Source: an uncultured Gammaproteobacteria bacterium
Lineage (GTDB): Bacteria; Patescibacteriota; Patescibacteriia; Magasanikbacterales; GWA2-37-8
DNA: 64,000 bases
Assembly (NCBI GenBank): GCA_964619625.1
Contig: CAZUFD010000001.1
Coordinates: forward strand, 59,316-123,315
Direction of reading: 5' to 3'
Shown: piece by piece, positions 42,047 to 50,989 of the stretch
Layout: each line of letters opens with the position of its first letter
How positions within the stretch are numbered: the stretch's first letter is position 1
Notes under the pieces: model-generated
Told to the model about the DNA's origin: nothing
What the model saw: only the letters and a program-made list of their open reading frames with translations
The model's database searches: none
Made by a program: the position numbers and the translations under genes

Positions 42047-44407
42047 TTATGGCGTTTTTATCACATGCCTAATCTTATACTGACTCAGCGCTCCAATATG
42101 GTTCAAATCATCAATGCCAATCTTGCCAATATACAAGTACTTTATTTTTTCCACAGCATTGTCTTTTAAGTATTCTTCCACAGCCTGCAAGCCTCTAAAA
42201 TAAATCGTGTCGCGGGTAAACGCTATTTTTTTGTTTGTATCTGCCAGGCCGCGCTTAACTTTTACGCAGGTGCGCCAGGCCGACTCGTCTCCCAGCCCGT
42301 AATTACTTTTTAAATAATGAAATAAATCTACAAATGACATTTCTTGCGCCAAATACGCGCCGATAGACCGCAGCGGCGCCCAAATTTCTTTTTCTCCAAG
42401 CGGCACGCCCAAAGCGTGTTGATTGTATACAGCCAACCCCTCTTCAGTAGCAATGTATCCGGCAGTGCCGACTTCAAACAGTTTATATTTTTGCAAGCGG
42501 CTGTTTTCAGCCCTATAAATATGTGTTTCAATTTCGTGCGCAATCACTGCTTTAAGTCGGTTTTCGGTAAATGTCACTCCTTCCCGCAGAAATATTGTGC
42601 CGGCCAGACTTATTGAAATATCGTTTACGCGCCCCGCGGCTATCTTTATATGCCAATTGGTTAGTTTGTGTTCTTCCAAAAATAGCGTGAGCCGTTTTAC
42701 AATCTGTTTGAAGCTTAGTTTGGCGCTGTCATCGGGCTGAATCGGATGTTCGTGAATATAGCGGACGGCTTGATCGTATAGTACGCGACTGGCTGGGCCA
42801 TATAACTTTTCCGAAGCTTGCTGCAATTTTGGAGTATCCAATGATTCCAATAAATCTAATTTTGTTTCTATTTCAACTATTTTCTTTTTATATAGATTAT
42901 ATAACGGATGGTTAAGCGCTTCGGGTAGAGCCTTTAGGTCTTTTTTAATTTGAGCAATAGGCAAAGAATGGGCGCGGTATAAAAATTGAGGCGAGCGAAC
43001 GGGATTTTCTAGAAACGTTTGTTTTTCTTCATCGTGGTTTAACGGCCGCAGCAATCCGGCGATGGTAATTTTTTTATCTATTTCGTATAATTTTTTATCA
43101 ATATTTTTTAGAATTTTTTCCGTTCGTTCACTATCAATTTTTGGACTTTGATAGGGCAGATGTTTGTTGAGCGTGCTATGAATTGTAAAATGTTCAAGAA
43201 ACTTGCCGCCAATAACCGCTTTATATGTTTGATTTTCTAAGTTGCCAAAGGTGGCGGGAATGGTAAGCCGTTTGCCTTTTAATTTAATATCAATAAAGGA
43301 ATCCTCGGTTTCAATGTCGCTCAGACTGCGGTCAAGCAGAACGCCGTCATAATGCGGATCAATTTTTGCGAGGATGTGGTCGTACTTGGTATTTAATAAT
43401 TCTATATGTTCAAATAATCCGATTGCCGTACGGCTGGGAGCGCTTTCTTTTGTTTCTGCCGGCACATTAGAGCTGAAAAGCGCTTTGCATAGCTCAACAC
43501 CCTTTTCAGGACTTGGAACTTTCAGATCCGCCACTTTTTTTAATCGCGCGCGCAGCGGAATTTGGCTGGCAATTTGAATAGAGAGGCCGGCTCGAGCATT
43601 AAGCTCCAATATTTTTATACCGTTTGTGGTAAGCGCCAAATCCGCGGCTAAAAATCCAATTTGACTGACTTTTTGCGCGTTAGCGGCAGCCAAAAGAATT
43701 TTGTCCCATTCAGGAATTTCTAAATCAGATAATTTTTCTCCGTTAGGCAAGGTGCGAATAAATTTTCCTTTGTGAACCGCATAGGCGGCGCTGCCAGTCG
43801 CAATATCAATGCCTATACCAACCGCCCCTAAATGTAAATTTGCTTTGCCCTGCGACTGTTCCGTAGGTAGGCGCAGCATGGCTAGGACCGGAATATAATT
43901 AAATACAATAATTCGGATATCGGGCAAACCTTGCTTAACGTATGGTTTAAAAAAATCATGAGCCATAAGCCGTTCTTCAATAATTGCTTGATCATATAAA
44001 CCCGATATGGCATATTCTCCGTCTAAGATAGAAGAGACATGCCGGCTAATATCTTGCCAACTATGCTCCTGGCCGCTAATATCTATAAAATTACCGCCTT
44101 TTTTTTCTACAAATACCATAATGCCTTCGCCGCCATACCCATGGTTTGGTTTGATTACGAAATTATCAGGCAGGCTTTTAGGATTAAAATGTTTGAGTTC
44201 GTTATAATTTTTAATTACGGTATATACTTTGGCCGCGCCCAGCCCTCGTGACTGCAAATAATTTTTGGTAAACATTTTATCATCAGCAAAACTTTTATTG
44301 GCTTTGGAATTAAATCTGCTGATATACAAAAGATTGCGCGCGTTAATGCCGAGCACGCCGGATAATCGTTCAAAAAAAGATAATTTGTACTGATGGGATA
44401 GCGCCAT
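42047..44407 (-). CDS. Fusion of RimK-related ATP-grasp ligase, degenerate aspartyl-protease-like domain and DUF1704 HExxxH carboxypeptidase
   Basis: VLGINARN, FVIKPNHGYGG, GKANLHLG, LELNARAGL; AKIDPHYD; AHEIETH..TEEGLA..FTRD.IYFRG. Confidence 0.85.
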   Translation of the reverse strand: MALSHQYKLSFFERLSGVLGINARNLLYISRFNSKANKSFADDKMFTKNYLQSRGLGAAKVYTVIKNYNELKHFNPKSLPDNFVIKPNHGYGGEGIMVFVEKKGGNFIDISGQEHSWQDISRHVSSILDGEYAISGLYDQAIIEERLMAHDFFKPYVKQGLPDIRIIVFNYIPVLAMLRLPTEQSQGKANLHLGAVGIGIDIATGSAAYAVHKGKFIRTLPNGEKLSDLEIPEWDKILLAAANAQKVSQIGFLAADLALTTNGIKILELNARAGLSIQIASQIPLRARLKKVADLKVPSPEKGVELCKALFSSNVPAETKESAPSRTAIGLFEHIELLNTKYDHILAKIDPHYDGVLLDRSLSDIETEDSFIDIKLKGKRLTIPATFGNLENQTYKAVIGGKFLEHFTIHSTLNKHLPYQSPKIDSERTEKILKNIDKKLYEIDKKITIAGLLRPLNHDEEKQTFLENPVRSPQFLYRAHSLPIAQIKKDLKALPEALNHPLYNLYKKKIVEIETKLDLLESLDTPKLQQASEKLYGPASRVLYDQAVRYIHEHPIQPDDSAKLSFKQIVKRLTLFLEEHKLTNWHIKIAAGRVNDISISLAGTIFLREGVTFTENRLKAVIAHEIETHIYRAENSRLQKYKLFEVGTAGYIATEEGLAVYNQHALGVPLGEKEIWAPLRSIGAYLAQEMSFVDLFHYLKSNYGLGDESAWRTCVKVKRGLADTNKKIAFTRDTIYFRGLQAVEEYLKDNAVEKIKYLYIGKIGIDDLNHIGALSQYKIRHVIKTP

Positions 44408-44409
44408 AC

Positions 44410-45942
44410 CTATTCTTGATGTTCGGTAAGCAGGCTTCTAAATCGGAAATATTCGGCTATGCGTAAGCCGGTGAATTTGCCCAAGAGAAGTGTGGCTATA
44501 ACCGGCACAAGTACCAGTTCGGGCCATGATAGTAATACGTTATTAAAGTAAGCCCAAGTAATAAGATAGTAGGAAGCAATAACAATAAGAAGCGTGCCGG
44601 CTACGGCTACAATCGCGCTGCGAACACCCTCTTCGTTTTGCGCGGCCATAAATTTTTCCGAAACGGTTGACATCACAAGCATTGGGAATATGGCCATAGA
44701 AAGCGGCACGGAGGTGCCGTATTGCAAGGCCAGCCAAATTACAAATAAAAATGAGAGACTGATCAAAGCTAAATGGAGAGCCATTTTTGGCAGGTACAAT
44801 AATTCAAATTTGTTCAAAATAAATTTGGCAATATAGCCGATTACCACCGCGAAAATAAAGGTAAGAATGCCAAGGCCTAAACCGAGGATAAAGAATGAAA
44901 TGGCAATGATGACCGGGGTATAGACGCCAAACGCGCTAATGCCAATGACTTGTCTGGCAAACGAAGCAATGAAGGCTAGAAATGGCACGATAAGAATGAT
45001 ATATACAATATTGGAAGAGACGCCTTTGGAAACCAGGTCAGTCACAAAGTGAGAAAGAAGAAAGACTGATGATTTATCACCGCGCTGGTCTATAATTCTA
45101 TATTCAATACTCCGACTTTGGAGAGTGCCGGCTATCTGGTCTGTCTCTTTGGTGATAAAAATAGGATTAATCGCTTCTTTGCGAGTGAGGAGAATATAAC
45201 TTGGCTCCACCAAATTAAACGTTTGATAAGCTAGGTTGGAAATAGTGTTTAGGTCGCTGTCGGAGATAACGGCAAAAAATTTATTTTTAATGATGGTTTT
45301 ATCTTCTGGTTTTAAATCTTTCCAGTACAGATTAAACGCCTGCATGCCAAGCGGTGATTGGGTGTAAAAAATCAACACATTTGAATCTTTGATATAGTCT
45401 GTGTTTTCTTTTATTTTCTGTACCAGAGCATCTTCGGTAAGAAGCGCGCCTTCCTTTTCGGCTATAGGCAGGAGCTGCAAAGCGACGCCGTTTTCGGCGG
45501 CTTGGGTTTTTAAATTCTCAATTTCTTTTTCGCTTTTTTGATCAATAATAAGCAAGGCGCTACTATTAAAAACAAAAATGTCTTTGCTTATGCTGGCGGT
45601 TGAGGTAGCTTGGCGAATGGTAAGCGTGATAGTTTTTTTTCCTACGGTTGAGAATTGCTGCACGATTTCTTTGCCCGTCACCTTGGGGCCGCTGCCAAAA
45701 TCCCAAACATATTCCGCAGGGGTGGTAGAAGATAATAGAATTGAATCAGAAGCGTCAAAGATAGCTTTTTTATTTATGCGCACCAGGTCATCGGAAGTAA
45801 TTATGGCTTCAAGTTGTTTAGCTGGCTGCAGAGGCAGCGGAGCGGGGGAGGTTGCCACGGTTTGGGCATGTATAGAAGACGGGATTGTAGTTGCCAGTAG
45901 AAAATAAAGAATAGAATATAGTGATACTATTTTTTTCTTCAT
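44410..45942 (-). CDS. PKD domain plus C-terminal 7TM (inactive-transglutaminase-associated type) membrane protein
   Basis: FDASDS..YVWDFG (PKD); RQVIGISAFGVYTP, FPMLVM, PEL and GKFTGLRIAEYFRF (7TM). Confidence 0.85.
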   Translation of the reverse strand: MKKKIVSLYSILYFLLATTIPSSIHAQTVATSPAPLPLQPAKQLEAIITSDDLVRINKKAIFDASDSILLSSTTPAEYVWDFGSGPKVTGKEIVQQFSTVGKKTITLTIRQATSTASISKDIFVFNSSALLIIDQKSEKEIENLKTQAAENGVALQLLPIAEKEGALLTEDALVQKIKENTDYIKDSNVLIFYTQSPLGMQAFNLYWKDLKPEDKTIIKNKFFAVISDSDLNTISNLAYQTFNLVEPSYILLTRKEAINPIFITKETDQIAGTLQSRSIEYRIIDQRGDKSSVFLLSHFVTDLVSKGVSSNIVYIILIVPFLAFIASFARQVIGISAFGVYTPVIIAISFFILGLGLGILTFIFAVVIGYIAKFILNKFELLYLPKMALHLALISLSFLFVIWLALQYGTSVPLSMAIFPMLVMSTVSEKFMAAQNEEGVRSAIVAVAGTLLIVIASYYLITWAYFNNVLLSWPELVLVPVIATLLLGKFTGLRIAEYFRFRSLLTEHQE

Positions 45943-46003
45943 AGTATATAGTATTGATTTTAGAAACTTACTATATCATAGGAAAGCGGCCGAGACAATA
46001 AAA

Positions 46004-46032
46004 TTGACAAAATGATTCCGTAGGATTACTGT
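46004..46032 (+). promoter_or_regulatory. Putative sigma70 promoter of the ATP-grasp pair
   Basis: TTGACA-N17-TACTGT. Confidence 0.5.
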
Positions 46033-46071
46033 TATTATTGATTCTTTTTATGTTTTAAACAAGTAAAACGT

Positions 46072-47007
46072 ATGAAAAAACTTGCTATATATTTTTCCGA
46101 TCCCGAACCGATGGGCTACCCGTTTAATTCCAAGTATCCTTATTGGGAAATTTATCAAGGCATTATTAAAGATATAGAAGCGCAAGGGCATAGCGTGTAT
46201 GTTGTTCGCGGTAATTCATACCTCGGCAAGGGCGTATTTTCACATGGCTGGCGAGTTGTTGGCGGTGTGATGGTGCCGGTAGCCGAGCCGATTACCGTAG
46301 ATTTAATTTTTAACCGCGATGACAAAAATACCATTCCCGCAATTTACGATTGCCCGATCATAAATCATCCGGATTTGGATAGATTATGCGTAGACAAGGT
46401 TGAGACCGCAAAATTTTTTCCCGAGCTTTCGCCCAAAACTAAAGCCATTAATTCATACCAGGAATATTTGGATGCAATTAAGGAGTGGGGTTTTGGTCCG
46501 GAAGAAAAGATTGTTTTAAAAAAGAATTTTTTATCCGGCGGCCGCGGCATTTATATTCGTCCGATAAAAGAGGTTGCCGAATCATTGTATGATGACTGGA
46601 AAGATATTCTTGTTCAAGAATTTGTAGACAATTCCATTGGAATTCCGGAAATAATTGAAGGTTTGCACGATATTCGCGTAGTAACTATTAACGGCGAACC
46701 GGTGTATACGTTTGTGCGCGTACCCCCAGCTGGATCATTTTTAGCCAATGTTTCCCAGGGCGGCACCGAGATACCGTTAAGTTTAAGCAAGCTTCCGAAC
46801 AATTTGTTGAAATTGGTTGAAGAAATAAATAAAAAGCTGTCTCATTATAGGCCGAGTATGTTTGCTTCGGACTTTGTTAATTCTAAAAATGGATTTAAGT
46901 TGGTAGAGCTTAATTCTCGCCCAGCTGTCTGCATCCCTTCACTTTCTTCGGAAACCAAAAATTATATTGATAAGATTGTGCAGCTCCTTGTACAAGAGCT
47001 GTCCTAA
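46072..47007 (+). CDS. ATP-grasp ligase (RimK/GshB-like), copy A
   Basis: DLIFNR, GGRGIY, VQEFVD, HDIRVV, ANVSQGG and LVELNSRP motifs. Confidence 0.88.
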   Translation: MKKLAIYFSDPEPMGYPFNSKYPYWEIYQGIIKDIEAQGHSVYVVRGNSYLGKGVFSHGWRVVGGVMVPVAEPITVDLIFNRDDKNTIPAIYDCPIINHPDLDRLCVDKVETAKFFPELSPKTKAINSYQEYLDAIKEWGFGPEEKIVLKKNFLSGGRGIYIRPIKEVAESLYDDWKDILVQEFVDNSIGIPEIIEGLHDIRVVTINGEPVYTFVRVPPAGSFLANVSQGGTEIPLSLSKLPNNLLKLVEEINKKLSHYRPSMFASDFVNSKNGFKLVELNSRPAVCIPSLSSETKNYIDKIVQLLVQELS

Positions 47008-47029
47008 AATTATTTGCTTGCTTAACCCT

Positions 47030-47992
47030 ATGAAAAAACTCGCTATTTATTTTTCCAATCCCAAACCAATGGGCGATCCGTTTGATTTGCGATATCCATA
47101 TTGGCAGATTTATAAAGAAATAATTAGAAACGTGGAAAAACAGGGGATAGATGTATATGTTACCAGGGCTAAAGATTCGTATTTGGGTAAAGGTGTTTTT
47201 ACCCATGGTTGGAAAGTAGACGGGGAAGAATTGATAGAAATAAATGAGCCAATTACCGTAGATTTAATTTTTCATCGCGGCAGTCAAGCCACCATTCCCG
47301 CGACCTATGATTGTCCAATCATAAACCATCCGGATCTGGAGCGATTTTGCGGAGATAAGATAAAAGTAAACCAGGTATTTGCCGATATTTCTCCCAAAAC
47401 CAAAGCTGTTAATTCATACCAAGAATACCTGGATACCATTACAGAATGGAATTTTAATCCTGAAGACAAGATTGTCGTAAAGAAGAATTTTCTCTACGGC
47501 GGGCACGGAGTATATATTCGTCCGATAAAAGAAATTACCGAATCGCTTTATGAAAATTGGCGCGATGTTCTAATGCAAGAATTCGTTGATAGTTCGGGGG
47601 GTATTGCCGGGATTGTTGAGGGCTTGCATGATATACGCGTAGTAACTATTAACGGCGAGCCAGTATATTCGTTTGTGCGGACTCCTCCCGTTGGATCGTT
47701 TTTAGCCAATGTTTCCCAAGGAGGCGCGGAAAAGGCAGTGCCACTTTCCCAATTACCCGCGGAATTACTAAAATTAGTTGAAAGAGTAAATAAGGAATTA
47801 GCGCAATACAGGCCCAGCATCTTTGCTTCCGATTTTTTCAATTCCAAAGACGGTTTTAAATTGATTGAATTAAATTCCCGTCCGGCTGTGTGCGACCCAG
47901 CCCAATCTCCGGAAACCAGAAATTATATTGATAAAATTATCCAATTACTCGTACATACCATCAATAATTCTTTTAAAATTGAGAAAAATTAA
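47030..47992 (+). CDS. ATP-grasp ligase (RimK/GshB-like), copy B, tandem paralog
   Basis: Same motifs; collinear with copy A from MKKLAIYFS. Confidence 0.88.
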   Translation: MKKLAIYFSNPKPMGDPFDLRYPYWQIYKEIIRNVEKQGIDVYVTRAKDSYLGKGVFTHGWKVDGEELIEINEPITVDLIFHRGSQATIPATYDCPIINHPDLERFCGDKIKVNQVFADISPKTKAVNSYQEYLDTITEWNFNPEDKIVVKKNFLYGGHGVYIRPIKEITESLYENWRDVLMQEFVDSSGGIAGIVEGLHDIRVVTINGEPVYSFVRTPPVGSFLANVSQGGAEKAVPLSQLPAELLKLVERVNKELAQYRPSIFASDFFNSKDGFKLIELNSRPAVCDPAQSPETRNYIDKIIQLLVHTINNSFKIEKN

Positions 47993-48051
47993 AACAGGTC
48001 GTATTAAGTTTCCTTTATACTAGGATGATTTTAAAGTAGACGACAAAGACA

Positions 48052-48267
48052 TTAGTTTCTCTTTTTAAGAAACATTGTTTTGAGTACGAGAGTGGTTTTT
48101 CCGTCGCGGCACTCAACCGTTTCGGTGTCGGAAGGAAGCCGGATATTTTTAAAAACAGTTCCAATTTTATAGGTAACCGAAGAACCTTTTAATTTTAAGT
48201 CTTTATTTAGTTGTACGGAATCACCTTCGGCAAGTACGTTGCCGTTACAATCTTTTGTTTCTGACAT
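48052..48267 (-). CDS. PhnA/YjdM C-terminal domain protein
   Basis: KDCNGNVLAEGDSV..KDLKLKGSS..LKTMFLKK. Confidence 0.85.
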   Translation of the reverse strand: MSETKDCNGNVLAEGDSVQLNKDLKLKGSSVTYKIGTVFKNIRLPSDTETVECRDGKTTLVLKTMFLKKRN

Positions 48268-48500
48268 AGTGTATGAATAGATAAATAATTTATTTTGCGT
48301 TTGGGTCTGCTTGATGAAGACCAAAAGTATTTCCTTCGGTGTCTAGATAATATCCTTGCCAAGCCATACCTTCTATGGCAAATTTTGGCATAGCCACCAC
48401 ACCGCCTGCGTCGCAGAACATCGCTCCGGCGTTCGAATCCCTATGTGACCAAAGCAGTTTGGTCACATTTATATCTTATTCGCTACACTTCGTTTCGCTG

Positions 48501-48585
48501 CGGAGAGGGAGGGATTCGAACCCTCGGTGCCTTGCGGCACACAGCTTTAGCAAAGCTGCACAATCGACCACTCTGACACCTCTCC
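48501..48585 (-). tRNA. tRNA-Ser(GCT)
   Basis: Cloverleaf with long variable arm; anticodon arm CAGCT-TTGCTAA-AGCTG; G73. Confidence 0.95.
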
Positions 48586-48638
48586 AGGTGTTGGCTTTTA
48601 AATACCAAAGATTATATATTTTTGCTTAAAATAGGGAT

Positions 48639-48980
48639 TTAGTCAACTATTTTGTGCTGTTCCGGAGTCCATTGCGGGGCGTTGATAATAGATATTAATA
48701 ATTCATTGCCTTCTACCCAATAAATTTCTCCTTTTTCAAAATAATATAAATCGCCTTGGTTTAGAGCAAAATCGCCTTTTTCCGAATGAACAGTGCCAAA
48801 TCCGGAAATTACATAATACACTTCTTCACATCCGATGTTGCTTGCTCTATTCGCTTCCGGATAGCGGCCGTTAATTAGTGCGGTTGCATAACTAAAATTT
48901 TTGCTTGGGTATTCATATTCCCAAACAGTGCAATCTGGACAATTTTGTTTCTCCCTAGCTTCTGATTTTTTGATTAGCAT
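48639..48980 (-). CDS. Cupin domain protein
   Basis: EEVYYVISGFG ... LNQGDLYYFEKGE. Confidence 0.85.
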   Translation of the reverse strand: MLIKKSEAREKQNCPDCTVWEYEYPSKNFSYATALINGRYPEANRASNIGCEEVYYVISGFGTVHSEKGDFALNQGDLYYFEKGEIYWVEGNELLISIINAPQWTPEQHKIVD

Positions 48981-49022
48981 AAATTTTTGTTGCCCGCCTA
49001 GACTAAAGCTTCAGCATGGCGC

Positions 49023-49112
49023 TGGCGGAGAGATAGAGATTCGAACTCTAGAGGCCCTTGCGGGCCCGGCAGTTTAGTAAACTGCTGCCTTAAACCACTC
49101 GGCCATCTCTCC
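49023..49112 (-). tRNA. tRNA-Ser(ACT), unusual anticodon
   Basis: GGAGAGA/TCTCTCC acceptor stem, GCAGT-TTACTAA-ACTGC anticodon arm, long variable arm, G73, encoded CCA. Confidence 0.9.
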
Positions 49113-49217
49113 TAATTATATATTTTTTAGTAGCGATAGTGTACCAAAAAATCAGATAAAGTCAATATTGGTCTGTCTGTAATTTTTTTCAATTTTGGTA
49201 TATGATATTGTATAAAT

Positions 49218-50159
49218 ATGCATAAAGCTCTCAGGTTTCTTCTTAATACTATTTTAGCCACAATTATAATCGGTGGTTTTGTTTATTTTTTCCGTGCACC
49301 AATACGACATTCGTTAACTCAAATTCAAACGGAATATTTTCCTTGCCGCCAGCCGATTGCCTATAGCCTCGGTTCTTTTGATGAAAAATTTGGTATTTCC
49401 CAAAAAGATTTCCTAAGCGCCATTAGCGCCGCTGAACAAGTGTGGGAAGATCCGATTAGTAAAGACTTGTTCGCGTATAAGGAAGATGGGGGCTTAAAAA
49501 TAAACCTTATTTACGACAATCGTCAGGAAGCAACTGTAAAACTGCAGGAATTAGGTTTGAGCGTCAAAGATGATAGAGATTCGTATGAAGCCGTGAAGGC
49601 GAAATACGACGCCATGAAAGCCAGCTATCTTAAAGACAAGGCGGTGCTTGCTAACACAATTGCGGAATTTGAAGTTATGAAACGCAAATATGAAGCAGAC
49701 GTGGAATATTGGAACAGCCGAGGCGGCGCGCGCAAAGAAGCCTACGATAAATTGGAAGAAGACAGGCTGGCTTTAAACGCTAAAATTGATCAGATTAATC
49801 AAATGCAAAATAATTTGAACGCTAAGGTAAATAATATAAACGCGCTTGTCACGGTGCTTAACCGATTGGCTGCCTCGCTCAATATTACCGTAGATAAATA
49901 TAACCAAATTGGCGGAGAGTTGGGCGCAGAATTTGAAGAGGGTACATATCGTAGTGATCAAAGCGGTCAAGCTATAGATATTTATCAGTTTGATAATCGG
50001 GCCAAATTAATCCGAGTGCTAGCGCATGAACTTGGTCATGCGCTAGGTTTGGAACATGTGGAAGATGCGAAAGCTATAATGTATAGCTTTAATAATGGAA
50101 TTAATGATAAGCCTACAGACAGCGATCTGTCAGCGCTTAAGATGCTTTGTAATATTTAG
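49218..50159 (+). CDS. Matrixin (M10) family metalloprotease with coiled-coil insert
   Basis: HELGHALGLEH plus AIMY Met-turn; N-terminal TM helix; central heptad-rich region. Confidence 0.9.
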   Translation: MHKALRFLLNTILATIIIGGFVYFFRAPIRHSLTQIQTEYFPCRQPIAYSLGSFDEKFGISQKDFLSAISAAEQVWEDPISKDLFAYKEDGGLKINLIYDNRQEATVKLQELGLSVKDDRDSYEAVKAKYDAMKASYLKDKAVLANTIAEFEVMKRKYEADVEYWNSRGGARKEAYDKLEEDRLALNAKIDQINQMQNNLNAKVNNINALVTVLNRLAASLNITVDKYNQIGGELGAEFEEGTYRSDQSGQAIDIYQFDNRAKLIRVLAHELGHALGLEHVEDAKAIMYSFNNGINDKPTDSDLSALKMLCNI

Positions 50160-50270
50160 TTTGTCCCCATTCTTTCTTGGGCGTTTTATCCAAGTATGGT
50201 AAACTACATACACGCATTTGTGGTGTAATCACTTTTATACTGAATAACTGTAGAAATTTCTCTTTACTGT

Positions 50271-50951
50271 ATGATAAAACTAAGCGGCGTTACTAAAATT
50301 TATCCTACCGGCACCCCGGCCGTACGAAATCTAAACTTGCATATAGGTGCGGGTGATTTTGTGTCCATTGTGGGCCAGAGCGGTACGGGCAAAACAACGC
50401 TTGTAAAAATGCTGATTGCCGAAGAAAGACCCAATAAAGGCACGATAGAAATCGGCGATACGGATATTACCAAGATTAGTTCCAGTGATATTCCGTATTT
50501 GCGCCGGCAAATTGGCGTAGTTTTTCAGGATTATAAATTATTACCAAAGAGAACCGTATACGAAAATGTGGCTTTTGCTTTGGAAGTGGCCGGAGAAAAA
50601 AGAGATCGTATTCACCAGGTGGTGCCTCAAGTGCTAGAAATTGTAAATTTATCTCATAAAGCCAGCAGCTATCCGCCGCAATTATCCGGTGGCGAACAGC
50701 AGCGCACGGCTATTGCCAGATCGCTCGTGCACCGCCCAAAAATTATGATTGCCGATGAGCCGACCGGAAACTTGGATTCCATCAATACCGAAGAAATTAT
50801 TTCTATTTTAAAAAAAATAAATGAGTTTGGCACGACGATTATTTTGGTTACGCACAATCGCGAAGTGGTAAATCATTTGCGCCGCCGCGTTGTTACCATG
50901 CATGGCGGAGAGATAATCAGCGATGAACATGACGGTAAATACAAATTATAA
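50271..50951 (+). CDS. ftsE: Cell division ATP-binding protein FtsE
   Basis: GQSGTGKTT, LRRQIGVVFQD, LSGGEQQR and ADEPTGNLD motifs. Confidence 0.95.
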   Translation: MIKLSGVTKIYPTGTPAVRNLNLHIGAGDFVSIVGQSGTGKTTLVKMLIAEERPNKGTIEIGDTDITKISSSDIPYLRRQIGVVFQDYKLLPKRTVYENVAFALEVAGEKRDRIHQVVPQVLEIVNLSHKASSYPPQLSGGEQQRTAIARSLVHRPKIMIADEPTGNLDSINTEEIISILKKINEFGTTIILVTHNREVVNHLRRRVVTMHGGEIISDEHDGKYKL

Positions 50952-50989
50952 GCGAAGCTTAAAATTTTGTCATCCTAGAAATTATAAAT

